Below are positions 63,809-64,000 of a DNA stretch of 64,000 nucleotides, piece by piece. The notes beneath the pieces are model-generated. The model worked only from the letters and a program-made list of their open reading frames with translations. It did no database searches and was not told where the DNA came from. Origin of the DNA: Eledone cirrhosa (Eukaryota); NCBI GenBank assembly GCA_964016885.1, contig OZ024742.1, positions 46,376,001 to 46,440,000 on the forward strand, in the 5' to 3' direction. Numbering within the stretch: the stretch's first letter is position 1; each line of letters begins with the position of its first letter. The position numbers and the translations under genes are program-made.

Positions 63809-64000
63809 TGTAAAACAACCCTGCAGTAACTTTTTCCCTACTGGGGATTTCAATTGTTATTTTATTATGGGTGTAAAACAAGCTTGCAGCAACGTTACCC
63901 CCTACTGGGGATTTCAATTGTTATTTTATTATATATAGTTTATTGTTATTTATTAATGTTAAAGTTATTTTTATGTAAAACCCCCGCCGTCACGTCTTGT
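63809..64000 (+). mobile_element. Copy F0b: 3' UTR-only fragment of the F0 subfamily, runs off the window
   Basis: Matches 1121-1258 (gtaaaacaaccc.gcagtaac ... atgtaaaacccccgccgtcacgtcttgt). Confidence 0.85.

Overview
Repeat-dominated eukaryotic (animal) DNA with no recognisable host gene. The tRNA-derived SINE at ~34.8 kb and the dense TA/CA/TATC microsatellites suggest an octopus/cephalopod (inference). About 60% of the window is one family of L1/Tx1-type LINEs: ORF1 has a CCHC knuckle, and ORF2 has an AP endonuclease, RT and a C-terminal CCHC finger. Eleven copies from several subfamilies all lie on + and form head-to-tail arrays at 0.9-18.2 kb, 27.5-33.3 kb and 47.7-64 kb. Every visible junction is a (TATC)n tract and there are no poly(A) tails. 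Two 23-bp target-site duplications indicate that TATC is the insertion target. In five copies the ORF1 stop overlaps a consensus splice donor, and all ten visible ORF2 stops are acceptor-like TAG|GT, so ORF2 may be an optional intron. A divergent relative sits in (ATT)n instead. The rest comprises an R4/Dong-like RLE retroelement, Penelope-like GIY-YIG fragments with hammerhead ribozymes and perfect palindromes, a Gypsy-type gag relic, an RTE-type 3' fragment, SINEs and microsatellites. Letters A-J and F0 are my own labels.
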